A stretch of DNA of 64,000 nucleotides from the human T2T-CHM13v2.0 reference genome, Homo sapiens, in assembly GCF_009914755.1 (NCBI RefSeq), contig NC_060944.1, one strand, 5' to 3'. Positions 25,794-41,836 of the stretch are shown here, one piece after another; within the stretch, counting starts at the first letter, position 1, and every line of letters begins with the position of its first letter. The notes below the pieces were generated by a model. That model made no database searches. It saw only the letters and a program-made list of their open reading frames with translations, and was not told where the DNA came from. The translations under genes were made by a program, and so were the position numbers.

Positions 25794-28700
25794 GTCTTAT
25801 TTTGCAAACAGGGAGCCTAAGTCCCTTAGATGCCATGAAGGTTTAGTGTCAGAGCCCACAAACAGCTCTGATGTCCAGAGAGGCCTGGCTGGCCCTTGAT
25901 GCCTTTTATTCCTGTGACCCTGGGTGAGTAAGGTAACTTAGCATCCTTCATCTTGTGAAGATGGGCACAGCTGTGCCTTCCTGTGGGTGAGAGACTGGAG
26001 TAGAGCTCTCCAGCCGACCCTCCCAACAGCAAGGGCGAGGAGCGTGTGTCAGTGCCAATGCCATCAAAAGGCCTTTTGGAGGCAGAGATGGAGAGGCGAA
26101 CTATTCAGTAAGGAAGGTTTGTTGAGCTCCACACTGACCAGATTGGGGCATGGACTGGCCGGAGCGGTGCCCACAGCTTTTCTGCGTTGCTCTGAGCTGT
26201 GTGGAGCCTGGACGAGGACCTCGTGACTTCTTCTGCCAGACCTCTTTCTCAGCTCATCAGCATCACACACACATGTGTGTGTGTGCATGCACATATACAT
26301 GTAGGCTCAGTAACTCCCAAAGGGTGGGAGACTGGTCTACAGGTGGGGATGTGTGTAAACAGCCTGTATCTTACTGGTGCACGATGTGCTCTAGCTGTGA
26401 ATTCTGTCTCCCTTGAGGCTACACACAAGCATTCAGGCCTGGATTGAACTTGGAAAATAAGTAGGCTGAAGAGGCTTGGGAGAGCTTTCCAGGAAGACAG
26501 CACTGCATAGGCAGAAGTCCAGTGAATTTTCAAGATGAATTGCAAAGGAGGTGTGTGGGAAATGAGGCTGACAAGGCAGAGGTCGGGTTGTCACAACTGC
26601 TGTATGAGGTGGGATGTGTTATCTCCACTTTATACATGGGCAGACTGAGGGACCCAGAGGTCAAGAGAGGTATGCCTTAGGTCTGAGTCATACTGAGTGG
26701 CAGAGCTGAGTGTCCTGGCCCCAAGTACCGTGGTCTCCATACTGTACCAGGCTTTGTCCCAAGAGAGTGAGAGGATGGAGCTCCCTCAGGGGCCCTCTTC
26801 CTGGTTCCTGGATTGATGGAATGGGGTTCTCAGAACTGTCAGGTCATCTGTTTGGCTGCCTGACTTCCCTCAGCAGGTGTTTACTAAGCCTCGATTTCGA
26901 ATCCAGCTCTGTTCCTAGCACCTGGGAAGACTCCAAGCCTCTGAAGGCATGATGCCCATTCCTCTTTTAGCCCTTGCAGGATAGCAGACACCTAGCCAGG
27001 TTCCCAAGCCCAGGGTGCTGCTGTTCACAACTCACAGGCCAGAACTGTCTCTGCAACTCTGGGTGGAGTGGGGGGTGTGTTTGTATGTTTTAAGGTGGGT
27101 ATATTGCCACCCCTGAATAAGGTTCTATTATTGAGGGAGGAGGGATAGAATATTGAGTAGGCAGCGAAGCTAACCCACACAGAGGCCTGGGCGTCATCAC
27201 AATTCTTCCCTTTCCGTCATTCCCTACAGCCTATCTCTTCTGGGGACCCTCAAGAGTCTACTTCCTAAATTTCTCTTGAAGCCACCTTTACTTCTGTCAC
27301 CTCCTCACCTCCACTCTCATTTTAACCTCTATAGCCTTCGTTAAAACGTCGTCATCCCTGACCTGTCCTGGTGCTTCTCTTCATCTCTTCCCAGTCCATA
27401 CTTGGCAGAGCTCGTACAGGGTTATCTTCTGTAATATAAATCTGACCTTGAGCCTTAGGCCTGCCTTGACCTTGAACTGTAAACCTGACTTTGACCTTAA
27501 ATTTGATCAGAACTTTTTTCTGTAAGCTCAAAAGGCTTTTTTCTGCTGGCTCAGCCCTTCTCTCTACTCTCCCTATGCCCCTACACTGTGTGGTCTAGCA
27601 GTACCCAGCCCCCTGTAGCTCTCTTACTCTTCATGACTCTGTAAATGCTAACCCCTATTCCTGCACAGAATGTGGAATGCTCCTCCACAGGCAGCTCCTG
27701 GGTACCTGGAGAACAACTATGCACCTGTCCTCCAGAGCTCTGCTCAAGGGCACCAGCTTCTGAGTTCTGCAGAGAAGCCCCTCTCTCTTCTGCCCAACCC
27801 CTCAGTGACACGTGCTTCGATTATGGGACTATTGGCAGAGGAGGAAGTGGCACACAATAGACACTTGGTAAATATTGACTGAAACAGCCATGCCAGAGCT
27901 GCCACACAGATAGGAAATGCTGTAATTAGAAGGGGGAGTAGCTTTGGGAGGCTTGCTTTCAATCTGGGAGCTAGGCCATTTCTGAGCTTGGCCTCAGTTC
28001 CCCGCCTGCATTGCCATGGGGCAGAGGGTGGAGGGTGGAGGGTGGGGGTGAAGATACTTGCCACAGGGCCGGAGAGACATGGAAAAATCATCTTGGATGA
28101 TTTGTATGTCTGAGCTTGAACACTTTGCCTTTTAAGGCTTTGGCTAAGTGCTGGTGGTTTGATCAAGTAGAAAACCCAGCTAATAGGTATACATTATGGG
28201 TAGGAGAAACAATAGGCAACCTAGCCCTTCGGGAAAGCAGTTTGGCAGCACATTCATACTTTTCGACCCTATAAATCCATTATCAGGGAACCAGCCTAAA
28301 GAAATAATTCTAAATATAGGAAAATAATTATTCACAAAGATACCTATTGTAACATTATTTTTGATAGAAAGTCTAAATGTTCAACAGAGAGGGAGGCTAA
28401 ATGAACCATGACAGACCCATCAAATGGAATACTATGCAGCCCATAAAATACTTTTTATAAAGGATATGCCATATGGGCGATTCTTAAACTATGGTACATT
28501 TTGAAAATATACAAGTTATATTTTTGCCACGGCTATAACTGTGTAAACATAACAACCCCTTGCCCCCTAAAAATATCTGTGCTTAGAAAAAGGCCTGAGA
28601 AGGGGCAGCAATCAAATTAATCAGTGGTTTGAGTAGCAAAACTGGAACTGGAAGGCTTTTAAATGGGTATGTACTACTTTTACAACTATATTTAAAACTT

Positions 28701-30409
28701 AAAAATTACCCAGTTGGAGCTAAGGGAGCCCATTTTAGTTCAGTACCTTTCTGGTATAAGTTATTCATTTGTCTCTGGGCCTTGGTTTATAACATACGGG
28801 AAAGAAATTACTGTTCATCCAGCAGTGTGTGTGCCAGGCTCTTTGCATGCACCACTCAGTTCAGTCTTCACAACTGAAACCCCATTTTACAGATGAAGTT
28901 AAAGCTCGTGGTCAGCCCTATGCTAAGAACTAGGTTTCCAGCTTGATTCTGCCCTAGGACAAAGCCCCTGCTCTTTACATCCTATCAGGGGCCCCTAGGA
29001 TGCCTGCTCTTGGGAAAGGGGAGTGAGAGGGACACCTGAGAGTGCTATGTCCACAGAGCCAGTGTAGGCTGAGCCTTTCCCCTGAGTTTATTTTACAAGG
29101 TCGGGGAGATCAGTGTTTGCCGGCAAGTGGGAAGAAGAGAGGCTTTAGCTGCATGCAGCCAGAGATGGTGCTCTCTGCTTTACCTCCCTGGCCCCACCAG
29201 CCTTTTCCTGAAAAGGATTTCCCCCTCAGCCCAAGTAGCCCATTCTTCTTACCTGACAGCTGGGAACCAACCAAAAGAACATTGCAAGGCTGCATTCTCA
29301 GCCTCCTTGTACATCCCAGTGCCCTGGATTCAGAGCCGTAAGCCTGGGGTTGCAGTCCTGGCCCCACTCCTGATTTACTGGGGGCCTTGGGCAAGTGCCA
29401 CCCACCCCCACGCTGACCTCAGATCTTCTACCTATAAAATGAGACTGGACCAGAAAAGAGACTCCAAGCTCCAATGCCGTGCCACTAACAAACAACACAG
29501 ACCAGTTATAAGAGCAAGAGCTCTGTTAAGAACTCTGACAGAAAGGAGCAACTTCTCAGTCTCAGACAATCACTGCCATGCAGGAATGCAGGCACAGAGC
29601 TGAAAGATCTTTTAATTTGTTTGAGACAAGCCAGAAAACATGGATTTTAAAAAAATATGAAATCTCTTAGTTTATAAATATCGACTGAATTGGAATACAT
29701 ATACATGCAGGTCTTTAAGCATGATACGGCCGTGGGCTGCCAGTTTGGAATCTCCGTAGTCACCTGTCTCTGAGCACCTTCCTACCCCGAAGGTAGGCAC
29801 CTTCTGATACCTGGACTCCTGGTCTACAAACACTTGCTAGGGCCAGTGCTGGGCAGAATAGGACCCGGGGCTGTGATAGCAAGAAGGTCAATCTGCTGAG
29901 AAGGAGGAGAAGGCCCTAAGTTTGCTTTTCTGGACCCCCAGGCTCGCCTTTGCCCAATACTTAGCCTTCAAAGGCTCTGTCCAGCTACCTTCTAGAAATC
30001 CTATCCCAGCTGTGACATGCACCGTGTACCAAGGGCTTGCTGTATATGCTCAGCAGCACAACCTCCCTTCGTTGTCATGGCAATGATTAACCTCATGTAC
30101 ACACAAGGAAATTGGTCCTGATACTGATGGGCCTGAGGGCACACAACTCCCAGCTGAGCTCTTGCATATAGTCATTACAGCCCTTAGAGGGGACCCTCTG
30201 GTGCTATTTTTTCAAAGATGAATAAAACTCTTCCAGCTCATAACCTAGCAGGAGAGACAAGCTCACTAAATAGAACACTGTGTGTAGAAAGGACTATAAT
30301 AATATAAACAAAGTACCACAAAGCTTTCTTCCCCCCCTTTTGTTGACTTGCTAAGAGGCCTACACTTACTTGGGTGGTGACATCAACCCAGATCAGTGCA
30401 CACCCCCTT

Positions 30410-31350
30410 ATTCATTCAGCAAAGATTTATTGAGGGCCCGTGGTGGCCTGACACTAGTCTAGGCATAAGGGACTAAATAAAGCATAAAATGGGCATCTAT
30501 CCTTACCTCTCTGGAGCTTATATTCTAAAGACATAAAATAAATACATACATAAATATGTTAGCTGTTGCTAAGGACGGTGGAGAAAAACGAAGCATGGGA
30601 AGAAAGAGGAGTGCTGTAGGAGGAGGGGTTGTATTTTAAACACAGTGGTCAGAGAAGATTCACTGAGAGGGTGACCTTGGAGCAAAGACCTGAAGCAGGA
30701 GAGAGAATACACGGGGCAGAGATCTGGGAGAAGAGCATTCCAGGCAGAAGGAACAGCATGTGCAGAGGCCCTGATGAGGGGATGTGCAAGAAGGCAGGGT
30801 GGCTAGAGCAGAGTGAATGAGGGGGAGAGGTGATGAGGTCAAAGAGATAAGCGGGGGTCAGGGGAGGGATGCACAGAACTTTACATCAGCCGAAGAAAAG
30901 GCTTTAGCCTCTATTGAAAGGAAGGACCGTTGGAGGGGTTTTGAGTAGAGGAATGACCTGATCCAATTTGTGTTCTAAAAGGATCCCTTTGGCTGCTGGG
31001 CAGAGTTTGTAGGAGATAATGAGACCTGCATCATCCAGGAGAGAGATGGTGGCTTGGACCAGGGATGGAGCAGTGAAGATGCCGAAAGGTGTCAGATTCT
31101 GTGTCTGTGTCGCCTCAGTTTCCTTATCTGTAAAATGCATACACTGTGCAGGGAATAAAAGCTGACAGGCTTTTCTGATAGACGTGAGAGTGTTGGCCTA
31201 CCCGACTGGAATGATGGGATTGCCATTAACTGAAATGAGGGAAGCTGCAGAAAAACAGATTTTTAAGGCAAAATCAGAAATTCATATTTTGGATGTGTTA
31301 ATTTTGAGATACTCTGTTAGACCAAAGTGGCGGTGTCCTGAAATCCTGTT
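30410..31350. mobile_element. L2 fragment(s) with a MIR piece
   Basis: ttattcattcagcaaagatttattgag...gagcattccaggcagaaggaacagcatgtgc. Confidence 0.65.
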
Positions 31351-31830
31351 GTTTGGTAGACAATGACCGGTTTAGGGTTTTTCTTTCCTTTTCTTTTTTT
31401 GCAAGTAGACTTAAGAAAGCATAAAATGAATCTGTAGTCAGGAACCTCTCAGATACAAACGAGTATAGTATTTCAGATTAAGATTTTGGACAGGGAGAAA
31501 GATGTAATATACATGAATAACATTGAGAATAAGAATATATTCAGGCGAATAAATAATTACTGCTATTTACGGAGTGCTGTCCCTATGCCAGGTCCTTGCT
31601 AGGCATTTCACACGTGTTATTGCTCATTGTGATTATACTCATGCACAACTGTAATTAGCCCCATTTGAGAGATAAGGAGAATGAGGCTTAGAGGAGTAAA
31701 GTGGCATTCCCACTGTCATAAAGATGGTGGGTGGTGGAGTTTGGAATTCAGAGTTCCAAATCCAGTCATATTGGATCTAAAATTCAGTTACATTTGATGT
31801 TCAAGCCGTGGTTTCTTTCTGTCAGGTTAG

Positions 31831-32178
<348 letters not shown>

Positions 32179-34677
32179 GATAAAGGGCCTTTAAAATAGG
32201 ACATAGTAGTTTGTAGAATCTCCCTTTTAAAACATTTTAGAATGCTTCACTTTGGCTAAATTAAGAGGTAGGGCAGCTTCTCCAGAGAAGGAAAACTTAT
32301 TAGGAGAGGCATTTATTAATCACCCACCCTCTTCCAGCAAGTGTGAGCCACACTGGGCATTGTTGAGGCCCTGGATCTTATTGAAGGTGAAAGAATTCAG
32401 CATGGCATGGGAAGTACCACGGGGAATCAGGTGGACAGGGATCAGCTGCTGAGGACAGCAGGGCAGCTGCAGCTGGAGAGGGAGAAGGGAGCTGGGAGGA
32501 GAGATGAAGGAGCTGCTGTGAGATAGGCTCCTGGGCTAAAACAGGCACAGTTGGGTGCGCTGGGCTCCATGTCTCCCTGCTGAGCCCCTGGGAGCTGCAG
32601 GAAGATAGATGAACCTTGGCTTCCAACAGGAGCGGCATGCCTGGAACTGTTGGTGGGATTAGAATGAGCTGGCCCTGCTTCTATGGCTCCATTGTGGCCT
32701 TTGGCAAGTCTTCACTTTTCTATCTAGAAAATGTGGCAGTTGGGACTCGATTGTCATGAAATGCCAGGAGAGCAAGAGAGAGTGTGTGTGCACAAGTGAC
32801 AGGGAGAGAATGCAAGTGCAAGAGACAGCGTGAGTGGTTTTATGTGGTTTCTTGTTTTGTATTACCAGGAACGAGGAAGCTCTCTGATCTCAGGCTGGGT
32901 GGGGGCTTTGTCTGTGGAAAGGGGCTGTCGTCGCAGGCAGAGCAGATGACATCTCCACATCCCTTTAGTCCTTTGGTCTGTGTGTTCCATGTGTTCTTCA
33001 GTCTGACATGAGCAAAGCACAGCACACACAGGGCAACTTTGGGGAGCTCTGAGGGCACCATCTTTCCTTGGGACCCACTTTGCCGACTCCCAGTGGACCA
33101 TCATCTTGCCCTGCAGCCAACCCCATGCAAAAGTGTTCCTTTTAACATTCCTTTTAGGGAGATCTTTATTTCTCCCAAAGAACCAATTTTCTTCCTGCCC
33201 TCCCATAACCATGAGAACAATAAGACTGAGCATACTTTCCCTTTTGGCATCAGTGGCCAGGAAGCTTGGAATTGAATCTCAATGTCATTATTGCCACCAT
33301 GTATTTGTGGTCAGCATGGATATTCCCTTCTTCCCTGGGCCTCTGTTTCAATGCATATTTTATTGCATGTCATTTATGAGCTGCCTTAAAATGGTCAGGA
33401 CTTCTCCTGTCATACCCGTAGGCCTTCCTTCCAAGATTTCTTTACTTGAAAAGGTTCCCTTTGTTCTTTTTTTTTTCTTAATTTTTGCCCTGGTGAGGGC
33501 AAGGGTTGTGGTACAGAAGCTTCACTGATAGATTCAGGAGTCTAGCCCCAAGCCCAGGCTCTGTCCCTGACTTTCTGGGTAACCTCAGGCAACTAACATG
33601 CTTTTTCTGGGTTTCAGTTTCTTTCTCTATAGAATGATAGGTTGTGATGAGGTCTACTCCAGATCCTTTCTATTCTGATTCTGAGAGTGTGTTAGTCCCT
33701 GTTGGTACCTGGGGTAAATGCCAGGGGATTAGGCATTTACCTAATCTTACATCCAGGATCCAAAGAATCAAGGCAGAAATCTGGAAAAAATGAGAATTTT
33801 TAGGGATGGAAGTCTCACCATTTTCCTCATCCTGTGATGCTTTAGAGTTGGAAGCTTGGGAGAAGGGGGAAGGGAGAGAAGCCGGACTGAGGCTTGACAG
33901 CTCTATCAGTCAGGAAGCCCAGGGAAGCATATGCTGTGGCCAAGGTTGCTGAAGGGCCTCCATCTGCCAGGAGCCACTAGCCAGGCAGCCACCAAGCTGG
34001 GGCTGGCACCACTGCCCCTCCGTTCCTCACATTTCTCCATGGGTGTCTGCAGAGGGGCAGCCGTGGAGCAGCTGGGATGGTGGAAGCATGGGAACCAGTG
34101 TTCCCCCTACTACTCCCTACCCAGACGGGAGGCCTGCCAGACATTGCCCTGGAAAGCCAGCCCAGGTCACTTGGCCTAGCAGAGTTTGCCAGTCATTTCA
34201 GAGTCACTCATGCCTGGGCCTGCTGATGTCCGCTGAGGTGATAAAGCAAGAATTATTTCTGAAGAAGGGAAAAAGAGAGATCTCCTTCGACAGGTAATAG
34301 TGATAGCAAGAAATGTTCAGTCCTCTAATTTCCCAAGAACTACCCCCATCCCTCCATTCATTACCTTGGTTGGATCCCAAAGAGACAGCAGGGCCAGGAA
34401 GGTGGCGCCTTCCTGAGTGAATGCATGAGACAGCTGAGACGAACAGAGGTCAAAGACCCAAGGTCACCAAGATGGACGATGTGATATGGCTCAGAGGAGC
34501 TGAGGGTCTCTCAGTGGTGGGCTTGCACAGCAGCTGGGCTACTGGGTGGGACGCAGCAGTTGTTGGAAGAGGAAAGAGCAGTGCTCCTCATGGAAAGGGC
34601 TTCTCCTTTGCCTGCGAGGCTGATTCTTAGAGGAACAGGGAAAGTCACTAGTTAGGGAGAAGGCACATGAGGAATTT

Positions 34678-34999
<322 letters not shown>

Positions 35000-35575
35000 T
35001 AAACGACTTTCTGTAGTATGCTTACCTCTTATGTCTGTGATGCCCTGCTTTTATGGAAGTATGACCAGCCCAAAATGCAGGTATATACCTGCTCATCTCC
35101 ATTGTGGTATCTTAGAGTCTCATGGAAAAGTAGGTTTTTTCTTTTATGCAGCAGAATGATAAGTGTCCCAGGTCTACTGTATTATGAGACCTTCATGATG
35201 CAGTAGAAATGCAGGTGCCCATGACCTGGAAATCCAGGGTCCAGCCCTTGGTGACTCTTGTAACCTCTGAGGCTTCAGGTTTCCCATAGATCAGATGGAC
35301 TAGTCTCTACCTGGCCTCCCTCTATGGGGAATTTGTGTGAGGATTCAACGAAGTTGTGAATATGCAAGAGCTTTAGGGGCAGCCTCAGCTACCAGTCTCC
35401 TCCAGGCTGACCCAAAGTCTAGGGAAGCATCCTGGGCCCAGCTACCTGAAGTCAGGTAGAGGGGGGGCACTGGCTCTTGCTCCCCTTCTGCTGCAACTTG
35501 CTGAGCCATTCTGGGAGAGTCTCTACCCCTTTCTGGACCATGCCTGTCTTTTTATTAATGCAACGGTTCATTTAA

Positions 35576-35578
<3 letters not shown>

Positions 35579-35616
<38 letters not shown>
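35579..35616. repeat. (CA)~19 microsatellite
   Basis: Perfect CA run. Confidence 0.95.
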
Positions 35617-35618
<2 letters not shown>

Positions 35619-35619
35619 G

Positions 35620-35900
35620 GAGTCAGGGGCATGGTGGCTCACACCTGTAATCCCAGCAACTCAGGAGGTGACGCTGGTGGATGGCTTGAGGCCAGGAGAT
35701 TGAGACCACCAAGAGCAACATAGTGAGACCCCACCTTTAAAAAAAGTAAAAAATAGATTAGCCAGGTGAGGTGGCTACTGGAAAGGCTGAGGCAGAAGGA
35801 TCGCATGAGCTCAGGAGTTTGAGGCTGCAGTGAGCTATGATTTTGTCACTGCACTCCAGCCTAGGTGACAGAGTAAGACCCTGGCTCTAAAAAAAAATTA
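35620..35900 (+). mobile_element. Alu (AluJ-like)
   Basis: Diverged dimeric Alu. Confidence 0.85.
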
Positions 35901-35924
35901 AATATATATCACATGTATTTTTAA

Positions 35925-36980
<1,056 letters not shown>

Positions 36981-39900
36981 AAATAAGTATTCCATAGATT
37001 TTTAACCTGAAAAATCCTTTTTAAAAAGTAGTCTTACTTCACACCTTCCATATGTAAAACACATACGAGAGGAGCCTCTTCAGGTGAAATGGGGGAGGAG
37101 GCCCAAGCCACCCCTCCCAGTAGGTGCAGAGGCAAGTCCTCTTGGGTGGTTTGAAGACCTAGGCTTGATGCCCTTCAGCTCTGGAATCTGAGTCTAATCA
37201 CTGGAGACACATCCTGTGTAGCAGCTGCCTCAGCCCTCAACCTATGCTGGTTGCCTGGGGAAGCTTCTCACAGCATTTGGCCAAGTTGTGGGTCTGCCTT
37301 GCCGCTGTGTTGGGGTTGCCACAACAGTGAGAAGAAGTCGGATGGCGCCTCATGTGTGGTCCCAGCTTTGAGGGTGGCTTGTGTGGGAAACAGGAAGCAA
37401 GCTGGAGAAATGCCAGCAAGTCCTGGAAGGAAGATCCTAGGTTTTGTTGACAAAGGAGGAGCAGAGGCACATAGTGGCTGATGAGGCCATAGCCAGTGCA
37501 GGGTTTACTGAACTCCTCAGCTGTGAATAGCCCTGGTAGTGCTAATCTTCTGAGATCTAGAGTGTGGCTGCTGGAACACTCCCAGGCCTGTCTTCTATTC
37601 CCACCTCTCTGCATTAGCATTCTAGGAGCACCAGGCGCTCTGCTGTCTGATGGGTGGAATGTTCTGCGTTCTAGTGTTACCTTGGCAAAGAGAGGATCCC
37701 TCCCAAGTTCTGCTGATTGCAATGCTCTGCTTTCCACAGCTGTCAGTGGTTTGAGTCATCAGACACAGATTGTTCTGTTCCCTCGGATTTTAGGATAGCT
37801 TTCTTCTTGTATCAATGACTAATTCTTTGAAAGAAGATAAATTATAGTACATACAGGGACTTTTGCTTAGCTGGAATATTAGATTAACCCAAGCACCTGG
37901 TTTTTCCCCCATGACTGTTGATTGGGGAAAATGCTATCATGTCTCTTTGAAGAATGGAGCTTCCTAATTTTACATATGTGGAAACTGAGACCCGAAAGTC
38001 CTAGTAATGAAGGAGAAAGAAGCATCAATTAGAAGCCCATAATTTCATTGACAGCTCTAGAATTAGAGAATGTTAGATCCAGAGCACCTTAGAGACCATC
38101 TAATCTGACTCTTTGGTCTATTCAATGTGCTTGTTTAAACCATTGTATTACCAACAGTTGTGTGTTGATTGTGTTTGTTTTTATGAAGTTTCCCAGGGGA
38201 TGGTGTTCCCTGAGTTTTAGTCTAAGGCATAGATAGCATCCTAAGTGGTCAAGACAGTAAGTGATAGGAGAAGTCACTGGTGGAAAGGCTGTGGGTGGGA
38301 CCTAAAGAAAGAGTGCAATGTATGCCTGAGGACAGGCAGGGAAGATGCTGCAGATGGGACAAACAGCCCATGTAGAGATGCAGATTTGGGAGTGACTAGC
38401 CGAGGTCTCCTGGATGTATCAGAGAGCCAGTTGGAAAGGTTGTAGATGAGAGGGCCTTAAGCACCCACATCAAGAGCTTTGCTCTGATTTTTACCTAATC
38501 TGGGACTTCCAAGGAATTTTGAACAGGGTCCAGGCCCTTTTCTCCATTGTTCCTGCCATGACCCTGGCCCAGGCCCTCCTAATTTCTCCCCTGGTTGGTA
38601 ACCTCCTAACTGGTATCTGGTATCCCTCCCTCTCCACACAGGCTCCTTATCAGGAACTTTCTAAAATGCAAATATGATTGTGCCCCTTTCCTATAAAGCA
38701 CTTGCATGGCTTCCTGTTGCCCACAGGACAAGATCCTGGCTTAAGTGGCTCTGTGTGGCCTGCCCCCCTCCTTCTGCAGCCTCACTCCCACTGTACTTCT
38801 GCCCTCAACAGGCTCCCTAGTTTCTGAGCAGCCAGCTGTCACTCACTGCCTGTGTCCAGACTTCTCCTTCCCTCCCATTTTCTGCTGCCACCTGGTGAAC
38901 TCTTATTCATCCCTCAAGACCCAGTGCAAATTTCTTGTGTAGAGAAGCGTTCCTGGATCCTCCTGAAGACACTATTATGGCTTGAATGTGTTTCTGTTTT
39001 GAAGCTCACTTCATGTTACTTCCAAAATACTGGCTGCCCCCATGTTTTAGTGTTTATTGTGTGATAGGCACTGACCTAAGCCCCATACTCACATTATTTT
39101 ATGTTATTCTCACAGTAACCATATGAGGTGCATTCATTAGAGCCCCAGTTATTACAGATATGGGCAGTGAGGCTCAGAGAAGTGGGTGACTTGCCCAAGG
39201 CATGCAGCTGAAGGGTGCCAGAGCTGGCATTTGAGCCCAGATCAGTTCATATTGACTTCTGCAGTCATTAGTCTCATGCTCCCTGGACCCCCATTGTCGG
39301 GGGGGTTAGGAAGTGTTGAGCATTTGAGGGAGCAGTCAAAGGAGTGGATGCAGCAGGGTTGCTATGGTGTGGACAAGATGGGGAAGTGGAGGGAAGTTCA
39401 GTGAGGGCAGGGGCTGGGTTTACTCTGGGGTTAAAGTGATGAGAGACTATCAGCCCAGCTTCCCACAGTTAAGGGTTTTCTTTCTACCTTCCTTTCCAAG
39501 TGGCAGCCTCTGGCCACCTGGGGAGAGGCCTGCGGGACTCCAGGCTAAGCAGGTGGCATGGTGACAAACACCATGGCAACCTGCCTCCTTGCTAGGGCCT
39601 AGAAGGGAGGGAGGACCTGAGAGAGCACAGGATGCACACTGAGTTTTCTGAGTAGGATCCTGAGAGGTGGCTCCCTTTGGGCCTGGGTGGCTTCTGCCCT
39701 CCCATGAGGGACCCTGCCTGCAAGGTCCCATCCCAGCAGGGGAAATGCGTCTTCCACCTTTGTCCCTAATGAATACCTGGCTCTGGGTGCCCAGGAGACT
39801 GTTAGCTATACGCAGGTACAAGTGCCACCCCCTTCCCTCCCCCAGGCCAGGGAGGAAGGAAGAGGGAACTCAAGAGGAGGCAGGTGTGGGGTAGCCAAGC

Positions 39901-41011
39901 AAGATAGTGGCAGGGACAGCTGGGACAAGGCCCTCATTGTAGCAAGGCCACACGCAGCTCCAAGACAAACCAGGCATTTTGCCTGCCTCCCAGGACTGGG
40001 CCTAGCACTCTGCCTGGACTTTCCTGGCTCCTTAGAACACTCACTCACACTGGCTTGGAAGAGCCCATCCTCAGATCTGAGTCCTGCCTCTGCTGGAAAG
40101 TCCTCCTGAAGGCTCAGCCTCCTTTTTGCATCCTCCCAAAAGCCAGAAGGGCAGGGATGATGGTGGGAAAGTTGTTGGTGAAGCCAGGCCGACCTGGGCC
40201 AGAAGCCAGAGCATGTCACACCTGCAGCTGTGTGACCTTGGGCCCAAATGCAGTAACAAAGCCGGCCTTGAAGGATTGCTGCTTCAAGTAATGGGCCAAG
40301 GCAGACGAGAGCACTCAGCATGGCCACCTTACCACTGAAGGATTCAGGCAATGGCAGGTGATCCTTGGAGCCCTTGCCCATGTGCCCCTCTGCACCCTAA
40401 GCTGTTCCTGGTCAAGATCCTCCTGTGCCCAGGAGGCAGTGAGCCATTTATGGCCATCCTCACAAGCATGGAGGAGCACTGATGTCCTCTTACCCCCAAA
40501 TCGCCCCTCCTCCATGGTTCCTGCTCTAGGGGCCAGCCCTACAGTTCCAGGAGGCCCTGCCTGGGTGACTGGGGCATAATGAGTGGGAAGCATTGCCAAG
40601 CTGGGGCAAGAAGCTCAGGTGACAGGTGTGGTGTCGGCAGGTCCTGCAGCCCAGCACCCGACACCTCCAGGCAGACAATGCTGGCTGTGTCCAGACCCTC
40701 CAGGGGAACAGGCTGTGTTCTATGTCCCCGCCAGGAAACAGGCCATCTGAGTAGTGCCTTTGTCCACTCAGGAGGCAGCCCCGCCGCTGGCTGGGATGAC
40801 CAGGCTCCGGGGAGGCCCTGACATGGGAAGGGGGTGGTCCCCGGGCCAGAGACTCTGGGGTTTGAGATCCAGCCCCTCAGCATCTGATGTTGACCTGGTT
40901 TCGATATTGGCTCTGCCACACACCTGGGATGTGACTTGGCCAAGTCCCTTCCCTCTCGGTGGCTCGATTCCTCATCTGTAAAAGGGGACTAATCACAGCA
41001 CTTCCTCATAG

Positions 41012-41039
41012 GGTTGTTGAGAGGAGTCAATGGCATAAT
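41012..41039 (+). other. SNPH: Candidate 28-nt 5'UTR micro-exon within a MIR element
   Basis: ctaat...cttcctcatag| acceptor and AAT|GTACGT donor, embedded in MIR core sequence. Confidence 0.45.
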
Positions 41040-41836
41040 GTACGTAGCGTGGTTGGCACGAGGTCTGGTGTGGCGTGGGGCTCGGTGAATGCTTCCCTCC
41101 AGCATGGGGAGAGGTCCAGGCATGACATCCTCAGCCAAGTCTCCTGTAACCCAGGCTGCTGTCCTCAGTCCCTGCTGTTAATGTGGAAGGAGGGGACTGA
41201 GGTCTCTGGAGCTGGCACAGGACCAGCACATTGGCTGCAAAGAGCCCAGGTTCCCCACTCTGCCCCAGACTCCGGTAACTTTGGGCTAATACCCAGTATA
41301 GCCCTCCTCACGACAGCCAAAATCCAGCCCAGCATGGGGCCTCTCCCCTCCTTAAATCCTGGAAAGGCTGCCCTTGGAACCCAAGCCTCTACCCAGGAAA
41401 GAAGCCTAAGGACTCGGGGGCAGGAACCAGGGGCTTGAGTCTACCTGCCCACTTAGCAAGAGGCCCAGTGATGGGTCTCTCTAGGCACGAACGCTTCCTC
41501 CTGGGTCCACCCACTGGGACACCCCCAGCGGAGGGCCTCTGCTCCCACCCACCCCAGTGCTCATCTGCTTTAAGTCTGTGCCCCTACATTCCTGGTAGAT
41601 GCCAAAACCAGCATGCGCATTGCATGGGTGGGTGCGGACATGCCTGTGTGCCGCATGGGTGCGGGAGGACCTGGCTGCATGTCCTGCGTCATGGGCTGGC
41701 TGCCTGAGCACGTTCATGGAGACGCGTGTGGCATGTCTTGGAATGGCAGGGACATGGTACCTTCTCGTGTTGGTGTGTATCCGTATGTCTTTCTACACAT
41801 GTGCTGGTACGTTGGTCTGTCTTGTCTCCCCTGTAG

